Assembly (NCBI GenBank): GCA_010093705.1
Contig: MU006102.1
Location: 500,123-563,227, forward strand
From: Patellaria atrata CBS 101060
Taxonomy: Eukaryota
Reading direction: 5' to 3'
DNA length: 63,105 nt
Below the pieces are notes generated by a model, which saw only the letters and a list, made by a program, of their open reading frames with translations, had not been told where the DNA came from and did not search any database. Made by a program: the position numbers and the translations under genes. Each line of letters begins with the position of its first letter. Position 1 is the first letter of the stretch. Of this stretch, positions 24,749 through 36,851 are shown piece by piece.

Positions 24749-26074
24749 TTAGGCATTGGAGCCAGCAGGGAGGCTACCAGAACCCTCCGCAGTGGATGGA
24801 GCACCATCAGTGGTCTCAGGGGCACCTTCAATAGGAGCATTGGGGTCATGGTCCTCCTTACCAGGGCTATCGATGGCTACCTTGACGGCGATCTCACGGC
24901 CCTCAATTTCCTTACCGTTCATCTCATCGCAAGCCTTCTTCTGCATTTCCTCAGAAGCCAAAGTGACGAAACCGAAACCACGCCCCTTGCGGGGCTCATT
25001 GCGGGCTTGAAGCTTCTTGACCATGAAACGAGGGATAGGACGAAGGGCGATCTTGGCTGAAGTTGCCTGGTAGCCCTTGAAGAGTTCCAACAGCTACGAC
25101 AGTTAGCTAATTTCACAACTGAACAAGGAACCATTCATTTACCTTTTCCTCAGTGAGATCATAGGGGAGGTTAGCGACCATAACCTTGGTTGTAGATGGA
25201 ACACCATCCTCGGGAGGTCCACGTTGCTTGCGCTCCCTAAGAGCAGGGGACTTGCCGGTCTTGGATGGATCGGCCGTCATAATTCCAACAGTGCCCTTTT
25301 CAGCCGTGAGTGCTTGATTCGTAGTCTCAGTAAGAGGGAGAACTTGGCCAGGTACATTTGTAGGGGCATCAGCTGCGGGAGCTTCCTCAGTAGCGGGAGC
25401 TTCTCCGCCTTCAGCATTTTCCTTGCGACCCTATATTCTTGTCAGAATTTCCATGCAAACTTCTAATGTAGATAATACTTACACGGCCTCCACGGTTAGA
25501 ACGGCCACCGCGGCCGCGACCACGTCCACCACGACCCCGGGTGGATTTGGTCCTCTTGGGTTCCCCGTTGGTACCCTCAGCGCCGGCTTCATGTGCCTCG
25601 GGTTTACGAGCAAGTTGAATGGAAACCTTGCGGTCAAGGATGGACTTGCCATTCAACTCAGTGATCGCACGGTCGGCCTCAGATGGGGTAGAGAGATCAA
25701 CGAAGGCATAGCCGACGGGACGGGTGGTGCGTGGGTTTGTAGGAATAGAGGTAGACTCACTGCAAAACGATGAATCAGTAAATGTCCAGTCATGCCACCT
25801 CCTGAGTCATAAGGATGCAATGTTGGGTGCAAACTTACACCAAGTAGTCCTTGAAAAATTCCTTCAACTCCCCCTCGGTGGTCGCATACGCGAGATTCCC
25901 AATGTAAAGTCTCCTACCCTCGGCGGCACTGGCAATGACAGCTGGATTCTCAGCTGCATTGATAGGAGTGTCGCCTCCAGCACCAACGTTGGCACCTTCT
26001 GCGGTACCAGTGGGCTCATTGAGGGTAGTGTTTGCCAACTGGGCGGTAGCACTGTCGACAGCAGCGGCGGACAT
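24749..26074 (-). CDS. Two-RRM, RGG-containing RNA-binding protein (Sbp1-like), 4 exons
   Basis: RNP2 RRLYIGNLAY, RNP1 GYAFVD and GRGFGFVT, RGG linker RGRGGRGRGRGGR; ORF pieces are separated by GT-AG introns. Confidence 0.9.
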
Positions 26075-26879
26075 GATGATTGTAGTTTTTTGTTTGTTGA
26101 TGACACGAGATGTGTTTTTTTAAAAAGATGTACTTCGGAGAATGAAGTACTTTGATACACGTGCTAAGATTGAGGAAACTGTGATTGTCCTGGGTAGAGC
26201 CTTGAGGTCTGCCTGCGAACGATGTTTGTACTTGGGGTTTTATGGTATTGTCGAGTACCGCCTGGATTGGTGGGATCTAGTTGACAAGAGGGAGGGAGTG
26301 GGTAGCTAAGAGCCCGAAAGTTGAGTGTTTTGGATGTGTTGATCAAAGGGTGATTCTCAAATTTGACGATGTGTTGTTGATGAAGAAGAAGAAAAGGAAG
26401 AGGAGGGCTACCTCCTTTAAAGGGCAGTAATAATTTTCGAAGAGGACAGCACGAAGCGAAGCGGAACTAAACCGGAAAGGGCAACTTAGGGGACCGTGCG
26501 GGCAGCAGCGACCCAGATGAGGCTCTTCCGCGCATGATGCACGTCAACCTGCTGCAAACCCCTTGACATGACTCGACATCAAAATTATATTACCGTATTA
26601 AGGTAAGGAGCATGTGATATTCATGAGGAAAATAATAATCACTTTTATTTTCAATCTCTGTATTAAGGACAAGATATGTTGAATCATTTGTGAACGTCTG
26701 ACTAAGAATTCGAGATAGAACTACTACTTTTGATAGGACTTCCTCCAGGCAGCATATGATACCGATAGCGATACCGGAGGCTTAGGATAAGATCCAGAAG
26801 TATTTTATTGCTGTATATCCCGTAGATATTACTTGCAGCATCATTTCTTCCAACTGTTCAAGTACATCTTTCGTCTAAC

Positions 26880-29165
26880 ATGTCTTTGGTGGATCGTACA
26901 GCGTTGGTACTCTATGGGTCAGAGACTGGCAACGCTCAAGATGTGGCTGAAGAGCTAGGACGCCTCACGGAACGACTGCGCTTCTCGACGGAGGTGAAAG
27001 ATCTTAATTCTGTCGAACTTGTATGTCAAGAGAGTAACTATTGAGGCAACTAGATAGTCAATCTACCGGAAGGCTGATCAAAGACCCCTCAGAACCAATT
27101 ATTGCGTGCCACGGTGGTGATCATTGCCATCTCAACCACAGGCCAAGGTAACCTCCCAGCGAATTCTCGAAAGTTCTGGAGGACTTTAAGAAGTGTACGT
27201 CTCCCTCCTGGTTGTCTGAACAAGGTCCGCATGACCGTTTTTGGGCTTGGGGACAGCTCATACTCTCAGTATGCTACTACACCAAGCCCCTGATTTTGCC
27301 CGATTGACTGACCGGTCAGATTCAATTGGGCTGCTCGTAAACTACATAAACGCTTGATACAGCTGGGCGCCCAATCGATATGTGACCGGGGAGAGGCGGA
27401 CGAGCAAGATTCGGAAGGGTGAGGCTCATCTATTCTTTAAGTCCTTCTGTGACTCACAGCGTAAACTTGTAGCACTGATGGCCAACTTATCCCCTGGTCA
27501 TTAAAACTCCGAGAAACTCTCTTGGAGCAATATCCTCTGCCTGACGGTATCGATCCAATACCCGATAACATTCTGCTACGGCCCAAATTATTACTGGAAT
27601 TCTTGCCTGATTCAAGTGACCCCTTAGGCACTGCTCCTATCCAAAGAGAAGTGCATAGTAATAAGCACACTGAGAGTAAACCTTCCATTATCAGTGATAT
27701 CCCGAGCTCACTAAGCTCAGCCTTTCCGTACGGTCTACCCGCTGATGGTCTACCGAATGGCGGTTCACCAGAGGATAGCCCACCAGAGGATAGCCCACCA
27801 GATGATCTTCTCCCAGTACTTGGATCACATACCGCAACTCTTTACAGCAACAAGCGCATAACTCCAGTTACACACTGGCAGGATGTCCGTCACCTCACCT
27901 TTTCCCTTCCGGGAACCATACCCTACGCTCCAGGGGATGCGATGACCATCTACCCCAAAAACTTCCCTTCCGACGTCTCCCAATTCATCTCCCTCTTCGA
28001 CTGGACCTCCATCGCCGACCGGCCCCTTCACTTCGTCCGTATGGTAACTCACGACTTCACGGGCGCCTCGCCTTTACCACCCCCTCCAATTAATCATGGC
28101 TTCCTCGCGTCCCCCCTCACAATCCGCACCCTACTCACCAATCACCTCGACATAATGTCTATTCCACGTCGCTCTTTCTTTTCCCTCGTCGCTCACTTCA
28201 CCACCGACGAGTTCCAGCGGAACCGCCTTCTAGAATTTACGAATCCCGAATTTATTGACGAGCTTTTCGACTACACGACACGTCCCCGTCGAAGCATTCT
28301 CGAAGTCCTGCAGGAGTTCGAAACAGTCAAGATACCGTGGCAATGGCTCTGTACCATCATCCCCTTCATGCGGGGTCGACAATTCAGCATCGCGAGCGGT
28401 GGAATCCACAACCTCATTTCACTTCCGAACGGGGAGCTCAGGACGAAAGTTGAACTGCTGGTCGCAATAGTAAAGTATAAGACTGTGATCAAGAGAATCA
28501 GACAGGGCGTCTGTACTCGATACATAGCCTCGCTTCGACCAGACCAGGATATCACAGTCACATTCCACAAAGGCGATCTTCACGTCTCCCGCGCAGAAGC
28601 AGACAAATCAGCCATCATGATAGCCACAGGGACCGGTGTCGCGCCCATGCGCTCGCTCATATGGGAAAGGGTAAAATGGGCCGGCGAACCGATCATAAAA
28701 CAAAACGCAAACGGGGAACAGGAATCCAATACTGGTATCGACTCTCCAGTCTCCCCAGGCCCCAACCTCCTCTTCTTCGGCAACCGCAACCGCGCTGCGG
28801 ATTTCTTCTTTCAAGACGAGTGGACATACCTAGCCGATCAATGGACCCGATGGCCCACTTCCATCACCCCAGAAATTCAATCGAAACTTCCCGCGCTTGC
28901 GGTCTTCACCGCCTTCTCCCGCGATCAGCGGCACAAGATATACGTCCAGGACCTCCTCGTGGAGCAGTCGGCACTCGTGTACGACCATCTAGTTAACAGA
29001 CAGGGCATCGTGTTTATCTGTGGAAGCTCGGGTAAGATGCCGACGAGTGTAAAGGATGCGCTGGTGAAGGTTTTGGAGAAGGAAGGTGAAATGGAGAGAA
29101 TGGCAGCGGAAGGGTATTTGGCGGGATTGGAGAAAGGGGGCAGGATCAGGCAGGACACGTGGTAG
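26880..29165 (+). CDS. TAH18: NADPH-dependent diflavin oxidoreductase (NDOR1/Tah18)
   Basis: ATG at 26880, flavodoxin motifs LYGSETGNAQDVAE, STTGQG and FGLGDSSY; FAD/NADPH motifs RQFSIAS, GVCTRY, ATGTGVAPMRS and CGSSGKMP; C-terminal QDTW. Confidence 0.95.
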
Positions 29166-29700
29166 ATGGGAAATTGGCAGATGAGTTGTGAGGGTTGGAA
29201 GTGTTCTTGGTGTAGGACTTGAGAGTTTGGGGATATATTTGGAAATTGGAGTGATATAGAATTCGGCGGTGTTTTGTAGGTGCAGTGAAATTTCCGTCAT
29301 TGATGTGTATCACCCACTCACTATGCCATTCTTTTCTACCTCCCATATCCCTATCATTTTACCACTCATCCGTGAGTAAAACCCGTCAAAAAAAAAAGGA
29401 AACCTCAAGCTACCAATATCTTCACAACATAGTGTGAAATGAAAAAATAAAAAATAAAGACCATATAATTCAAGAAACAAAGAAGAAAAACACTACAAAA
29501 TAAAATAAACAGTTCTCCGTTAAAATTGTGATTGATGATTGCAGTTTGTATCCTTGAATCCCGTTATTTTATGGTTGCTTAAGAAACCCACTTTGTCTTA
29601 AACTCTGTTATTCCCTCTCATAGTACCAGAACGTTTGCAAGTCATGAGTACTAAACCCTTTGCAAAAGAGGTTATAAGCAACCCCAACTTCTTCTTCCTG

Positions 29701-29800
29701 CATCGAACTCGGGCATGTGGCCGAGTAGGCAGGTACCTCGTCTACCTGCAGTGCCGTCACAGATCGACTTCTTAACCAAAGTCACTCGGGTTCGATTTTT
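29701..29800 (+). ncRNA. Candidate Pol III structured small RNA, copy 2
   Basis: CATCGAACTCGGGCATGTGGCCGAGTAGGCAGGTACCTCGTCTACCTGCAGTGCCGTCACAGATCGACTTCTTAACCAAAGTCACTCGGGTTCGATTTTT. A box TGGCCGAGTAGG (29718-29729), B box GGTTCGA, T5 run followed by a longer T tract, 12-bp terminal stem. Confidence 0.72.
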
Positions 29801-30320
29801 GCCTCTCTTAACTTTTTTTTTTTTCTAATTTTCTCCTGAGTATCCTCCTATTCTTTTTCTTTTTCTTTTTTGAGGAATGGAGGAGGTTGTCTGCCTGGCT
29901 AAGATTGCAATAGAGTGGTGATTGCGTTCCAGTATTCGTGGTTGCTATGGAAACCCACTGTCTTAGATCCTTTGTTTTCCGTCCCTTTTGCGCTGACCAC
30001 AAAAGTCGGTGAGTCTGATAGATCGCCTCGGGTTTGATTTAAAGGTTGTACACCGCTCAGGTCTCAACTTCTAGTTCTGATTGATATTGATCTTTTCCTA
30101 AAGACTAGAGACTGGAGACTGAAGACTAAGACACCCTCTCCACAACCTTGATAGAAGATGAGGTCTACGCTCGAAACCATCCGTAGACGTAATCAACTCG
30201 ACTCCAATCGCCGCACAAGCACCAAGCTAAAACAGAAATGTATAATACATCCTATAATCCCTGTCCCCCTAACCGCATACCTCCAATCCTCTTCTCCATC
30301 TCTTCTCCTCCACTCCACCC

Positions 30321-31753
30321 CTACCACTCCTCCCAATCCTCCTTCTTCCCCGACGTCTCTTGTCCCGGCCTCCTCATCGCCGCAGTCCCAATACTACTCT
30401 TCGGCTTCTCCTTCTCGACCCTCGCCTTACCCGCAGCAGCAAACTCATCCCAAAACCCACGTTTGTCCGGCGCGGGCCCATTAGCCGGGGCGCCGAAGGA
30501 GTCCCAAAAGTCCTGTTTCTCCGGCGCTCTTCTGTTCGCTTGATGATCGCCCTCGACGAAGCGGTTGAAGGACTCGCCTACCGTTCTCGTGCTGCTTGTT
30601 ACCGTGGTCGAGAGGTTGGTTGTCAGGGCTGTGGCTTTGGACGGGAGGTCTGCTTCTTGTAGCTGTTTCGTAAGGCGTGGGTTAGCGTGGGTGTGCTTTA
30701 CGCTGTAGCCCTTGTGTCTATTCTGCTTGGAGGGATACTTACTGTCTTTACCCCCGTCTGAACCCCCTTGCTCACTGTACTGCTCAACCACCCAAACCCC
30801 TTCGTCAGCGCGGCCACCGGATCTTGCGCGAAATCATCGACACCGGGGATTCCAGCCTGCTGCTGTCGTTGGGGTGCCGGATCGCTCCCGAACCCCGAGT
30901 ACTTCCCACCCTGGCTGGGGGGCACATCATCGGGACGGGAAGCGTTATCGGCGCCCATGCGCGCGAAGTAGGCTTCATTCTGCGTCTTGCGGGCTATACT
31001 CGCGGTACCGAGGGACGGGGAACCTGAGCGGGCCGTGGTGGGTTGTTGATCAGCCGTGCGGACTCTACCCAGCGGCGTCCCCGATCTGCTTCCAGCACTC
31101 GAATTTCCATTCCCCATCGATGCATGTGGCGCTCTCTTCTGCACTGGTTTCTTCTCTACCGGGACATACTCTCGTCCCTCGACCTTGGCCGTCAAGCGCT
31201 CCTTCCACTCCTCGCCCACCGCCGAGTCGTACCTGTCGTTTATGGTCGAGGCGTCGAAGGTGCGGCCCTCGATCTTATTGTCGGCGTGCGAGTTGAAAAA
31301 GTCCTTCCAGGGCTTGTTGCCGCCGTTTTTCATGCGCACGAGTTCCGCGCCCTTGAAGGCGTCCATGGTTATGCTGCGGATGAAGGAGATGTGCACGCCG
31401 AGGCCGCGGTGTACGCCGGAGCAGGTGAGGCACATGAAAATGCCAAATTTGGGAGAGGCCTGGGTTGACAAAGGGCGTTAGCTGCGGTATGGTATGAGGA
31501 GATATGGGGGAAGTAGACAGTGAATAAGGCAAAGATGAAGGGAACTGTACCCATTGTGGACTCGGCGCACTGCAGTCGACGCAGCGATTATTCTCGTTCT
31601 CCTTCTGGATCTCCATTAACTGTAAACACACGTCAGTCATCATTCAGCTGAACGAAGGCTTTGACAAAGAAAGTCGCATAGTAGTTGGACGATACGAGAG
31701 AAAATACTGACTTTACTCCTGGTCTCAGGATCGACCTCCCACATCTTACTCAT
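30321..31753 (-). CDS. GCS1: ADP-ribosylation factor GTPase-activating protein (4 exons)
   Basis: MSKMWEVDPETRSK start; ArfGAP zinc finger CVDC...[32 protein letters not shown]; ALPS-like DPVAALTKGFGWLSS; C-terminal DWEEW. Confidence 0.95.
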
Positions 31754-32578
31754 CTTGGATATATGCGCGACTTAAGCCCGTCGCGGGCGTTATTCGTTCT
31801 TATGTGGTGATAGGGAGTTGGGAGTAAATTTCGAGGGGTGGAAGTGGGACACTTGTTTAGAATTCCCCAATCGAGCATCCTTCAAGCCACTCTCCCACTC
31901 TCGCCATGAAAATAATCGACTATCAGATATCCATAAGGAAAACCGCAATATTAAGAGTGATACGTCCTACAATTCTCAAGATTTGGCGGTTCATCATCAA
32001 AAGTCTAGTAATGAGACACAAGCAAGTGTCATTCAATTCTCTACCTGCCAATAGTTGTTACCACTAATTAAGGGCATCCCAACAACCATTGTTATTTATC
32101 TTCCTCTGCTTAATGCATCCCCTTTGGCGCTTTGAGCGCTGATGAATCTACCTGTCCGCCAATATGGACGTCTAAAAATGGGCTCCGATGATGACGAGCC
32201 CATGTGTTGCCAAAGCCGAAAAACCACCACCATTTTTCAAATCGTATACGTTACAAGAAGGTTCATGCCGAAAAAAGTAAAAAGCCAAGGAAAGCAGCTG
32301 ATAGCAAAGCTGCATTATGTTGCCTCCAGAACATGCAAATCAAGCAGATGTAGAGTGGCATGAGGTACAAAAAAATCCGAGTGCTACGCGGTGTGAAATG
32401 TAGAATTGGACAATAGGCCTTCCACAAAACCGCGCCAGAAAAACACATTATCTGTGTGACGTTGCTTCGTTAACTAGATCTGCGATTAAAGACGTCAGAT
32501 CTCAAAATTTCCGTTGGTGCGCCGGTGCCATGCATAATGTCGTGAAGACAGTAAATGGGGGTAATAGAAGTGAAGTAT

Positions 32579-34262
32579 TTATCGATCTCCAGCGTTAGAT
32601 TCTGGAGGATCAGGGTTGACAACCTGTAATCCAGGGCTTGCAACCTGTAGTTAATTAGCTCTTGATCATTTTATAGAAAGGGTACAGAACATACATTCAG
32701 GGGGCGGGTTACAATCAGGGAACGGCCATAATCCTGATTATCGGGCAAACTGAGAAAGGACGTGCGGCTCCCGTTTTCATGCAACATCGTCGTGTTCAAG
32801 CGATCATCTGTGAACAGCGGTTGGCTAATACGACGTTGAGCCATCGGGCTGATGGAATTCTGTTCGAGACCATTTACGTTCGTTTGGGTGATAATTGGAG
32901 GGAGTTTATTGTTCCCCCTTCCTAGGAGACCAGTCCTGCTCATCGTACTGGTAGTACGACGGACAGCTGGGCCTTCCGGATCTTGCCGGTTATCCGCATA
33001 TATGCTCCGCTTCCTCCAAGAAAGCCAGCAGATCCCACCAACAACCAGAGCAGCGACACCGATGAGAGCACCAAAAACAGCACCGACGATTGTTCCCGTC
33101 GAAGGGCTAGACTTGGAGGCACCTGAGCTTGAGCCTGCTGTACCCGTAGGCGTACTTGTGACCGTTTGGGTGACAACCTCACCACTGACTGTGATGATTT
33201 GGACGGACGTAACAGGAGAGGGGGTGAATTCGGGGGTTGAGCTACTCTCAGAACTGACACTTGTACTTGAAGTTCTCCTTGTTGAGGTTGGCGTAGCTGA
33301 AGTCTTCGTCGTCTAAATGGATATGTTAGCATTCGTTAATGCAGTCTGTCAGATGATAATATACAAGGAGAGTGCTGAATACAGGGATATTCCATACAAA
33401 AGAGGGAGTCACCGTAGAGAATATGACCGAAGGTCGCACCGTGACCGTAATTGGGACGGTCACGGAGTTGACGACGGTTTCAGGCTTTTGCGAGAGCTGT
33501 ACAAATGTCGTATGAAAAGTAGGTGTCTGTAGAGATGTCAATATCGATATATTGACAGACGAAGACACTATAAATCCAGAAGAGCGTACGGAAGAACCGG
33601 TGGAAAACAAGGACTTGCGAGACGAGACAAAAGGACTCGAAACAGGCTTTGAAACATGAGATGAAGCCGTATAATGCCACGATGATTGTCGGTGAGAAGA
33701 AGTAGACTTTATTCGAACAGAAGAAGGAAAAGGAACTGAAGCAAGAGGTACTGTAGAAGAAGTAATTATGTAAACTGTTGAAAACAGCGTACTAACCCTT
33801 ACTTCAGTTGTTGTTGGGACAGGTTGAGCTAAGACTAATGGATCGCGGTTGAGAGGGATATAGCCATATAGCTTTCTTGATGTTGATCCACAAAGCTCAT
33901 CGCCGTATCCTGGGCAGATCTCGCTACATTTGGAGATGTCTTCTTGATCGGCCGGAACGTAGTTCGAGCACCAGCAATTGTACCCTTGGACGACGGCAAA
34001 GGCGTATCCAACTTTGCAATTTTCGAAACACCAGCCGTTGGACTGGTAAGGCCATTGAGCTGCACATGAACATTAGCAACCTGAATAGACCACCCGGTAT
34101 CAGTAATATATTTGACAGCTTACCTGCCACGAGGTTATTTGCGGTGTTGTCGCTTGCGCAATATTTTTGCGTCAAAGCTGCCGCCGCAGTGCCTGCAAAA
34201 CAGGCAAGCGAGAGAGCGAATCCGAGAGCCATTGTGATTGGGTTAGAGCTGTGACGAGCCAT
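32579..34262 (-). CDS. WSC-domain cell-wall stress sensor (Wsc1/Slg1-like), multi-exon
   Basis: Signal peptide, Cys-rich WSC domain (YCASDNT...CPGYGDELCG), Ser/Thr-rich stalk, TM segment GTIVGAVFGALIGVAALVVGGICWL, and a cytoplasmic tail with FTDDRL, SLPDNQDY and VVNPD. Confidence 0.9.
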
Positions 34263-36851
34263 GATGGAGAGAGTGGACGTTCAAAGGTCCGCCAGGATGA
34301 GTGATTGAAGTTTGCGTAGTCGAAGATTGAGCGTGGAGTTGGGAGAAGTGAGAGCGGAGGAGGAATGGATGAGTTCGAGGTAAAGGAGAGACAGTGTGAC
34401 TCGAGACGTTGTTGACGTGAATGAATTGTGAATGCTGCTCCGAGCTCGGATCAATCGGATGCGAAGATATGTCGAAGCAGGTGACGATAGCGATTGTGGT
34501 GCCCTTGGTCCTACACTGACAACCAGTCGAGAGTCAGCATGACTGGAGGGACGAAGAGTCAATTGCTCCAATTGACGCAGCGGGTAGAGTCAGAGAGATG
34601 GGAGATGAGGTTAGAAAGAAGGAGAATGGGGCAAGGAGAGTGGTGAATGAGAACAATGGAGGTTGGTGAAGAAAAGGGAATGCGTGCAGTAAGTTTTTGG
34701 TGAATATGGTGAGGAGCTCTCGGAAGAGTCGATAGCTCGGTGGTGCTCGGCGCTGGCTAGGGGCAAAGTACAGCAAGGTATAAGGAGCTTAAGAAGCGTA
34801 GGCTTACCTAAAGTAGAAGCATACTGCACCAACCCAGTCAAGTATCGAAAGCCACACAGGAACACGGCTTAGTACGGAGATTAGGATATGCAATTCTCTG
34901 AACAACTTGCAACTTTGCAAAAGATGTAACAAGAAAAGTGACCTTTTGCCACCTTTTCCGTCGAGGAAGGGCTCGAAGATCCGATGATACTGTAGTGAAT
35001 AACTTCTTGAACTGCACTTCTCGATATCCAGAAAAGTTGGAGGAATGAAATTCGCTGGTTGCGGCAGTCCTAAGTAAAACTGAAGCTCCAACTAACCACT
35101 CATGACGTGTAGAAAGGCAGCCGTACAACCGAAAGAATTGTCGTCAGTTTCCGGTAATCAATTAGTTGTAAATTGTCAAGATGGAACTACGGCGCAGTTG
35201 CGGCAGTGCATACAAGACAAATATGCGTCGCTAGAAAAAAAGTGGTGTGTTCCGCCGGAATGTTTGAAAAACGAAGGTAGAGCACTCTTAAGTTGCTGAT
35301 CCCGAGCACTTCCAGGAGTAAGTGGAGTATGATTCTCTGGCCAAAAAGCGAGTGTCGGGTGTGACAAACAGGGTCGATCTCGGAAGGAGAGAAGACCGCG
35401 AATGTACAACTTGTACAAAGGGAAAAAGGGGAGAAATGAAGGTATGAGAGAAACGAAGGTAAGGGAAACGAAGTTCCGAGAGATGCCAAAAGATAGGAAG
35501 AGAGTATGGGGATGGGAGGAGGGAACGATGGCTACAAAAGGATTTCGATTTTGGAGCCGGTTGGGCGAGGATTCTTGCTAACGCTCAGGCGATTTTTAGA
35601 ATCCTACCAGCTATAACGTTGTTTTAATAATGACCGGGTGGTCTTCATGCAGGACTGCGGGGGAACACCATGATAGTTGAATTTCAGAAGATTGCACAGG
35701 ACGGTATCAGGAGTCCAGGACACTGGCATCGAGAGCACCAGAATCCGGAGGACAACATTGATGGATTATATCTCTCTATCGATAGATCTACCAGAAGCTT
35801 GGAGTTGATCGTATGCAGCTTTCATGCAACAATCGTTTCTCCATCGCAGTTTATCAATCGCCAGATGTAACGGAGCTGCGATGCTAACGGTACCAATGGG
35901 TACATTTTGCACGCGCGTACAGAGCTCCGCGGTCGCAAAAAACTTGACCGCTTTCCTCTTGCTCCCAACATGTGGATAGGGAGACAGAAAGGTTCCAAAA
36001 GGTTGACCATCAAGGCGCCAAAGTAGTTCGCTCGCAGCGAATACATGTACATGTTTGATGTACCGTGAAGATGGACGTCTCTTTCTCCTTACTCCTGCGT
36101 TAAACGTTAAACGCTGGACGTATGTAGGCGGCTGGTTCTCTCTCTAGCCACGTTCGTTCCCCCCCTTTCCCCCCCTTCCCTCTCCCGTCCCGTGGGTTTC
36201 ATACTTTTCAACATCGTGGCGCTCTTCGTTGTCATTCTCGAAAGCACACGACGGCCTCACCAACCCAAATTGGTGGTGATATTGAACGTTTTGTGCTTAA
36301 TCCGGATAGAATAACAACCGAAATGACTCGAATAGGGAACCCTTGGGTAACGAAAGACGCGTCTGATCCAATCAGCGAGCCAAGAAGTGAATGCTCTCCG
36401 GGCGGGTGGCTTTCGTCGCGCCCTAGGCTGAAATAACCTTGAAACTGTCAGTGCGGGAACAACAGATAAAGAGCGATAGAATGATTATGATCTCATCAGG
36501 AGTTCAGGAATGTTTCAAACCTATCTTCTGAGCTTCGACTGATTCGAGTTGTCGGGTGTTAAAATTTTCTGTTGTTGCAAAATAGATCGCCAGGGGAAAA
36601 GGCGGCGGAATTTCGATTTTTGAAATCCAACGACGTCGCTGTGGAGACCGGAGCGCGCATCACCATCTTGAATTGCGGACTTGTTTGCGCTAAATCAGCC
36701 TTCAAATCTTCACAACACTGATCAGCGAGCGGCCAAGGGAAAAATTAGGCACTTTAATAAGCTTGTCGATATTTGCAAGTATCGTCATATATCATTATAA
36801 ATAATTTTCTTATAGGTGATATCCATACTATATAAGTACAAGTATCCAGGT

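Noticed and set aside
27767..27802. 15-nt tandem duplication in TAH18 (PEDSPPEDSPP)
   Set aside because: In-frame slippage duplication in the variable interdomain linker; unremarkable.
22490..29800. Terminal inverted repeats of a DNA transposon
   Set aside because: There is no transposase inside, only housekeeping genes; no target-site duplication was seen; the differences follow RNA pairing.
29701..29800. HDV-like or hammerhead ribozyme, TPP riboswitch, or 5S rRNA
   Set aside because: I could not build the HDV nested double pseudoknot; there is no CTGANGA/GAAA core, no CTGAGA TPP motif and no resemblance to fungal 5S.
29711..29810. Calling the repeated element a tRNA (it starts GGGCATGTGGCCGAGT and contains GGTTCGA)
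   Set aside because: No proper T-stem or 3' acceptor strand follows GGTTCGA; a T5 run comes immediately, and the B box instead pairs with the 5' end. A tRNA-derived origin remains possible.
30100..30132. Short (AGACT[A/G][G/A])n repeat
   Set aside because: Simple microsatellite-like tract in the GCS1 3' region with no spacers; not a CRISPR or other system.
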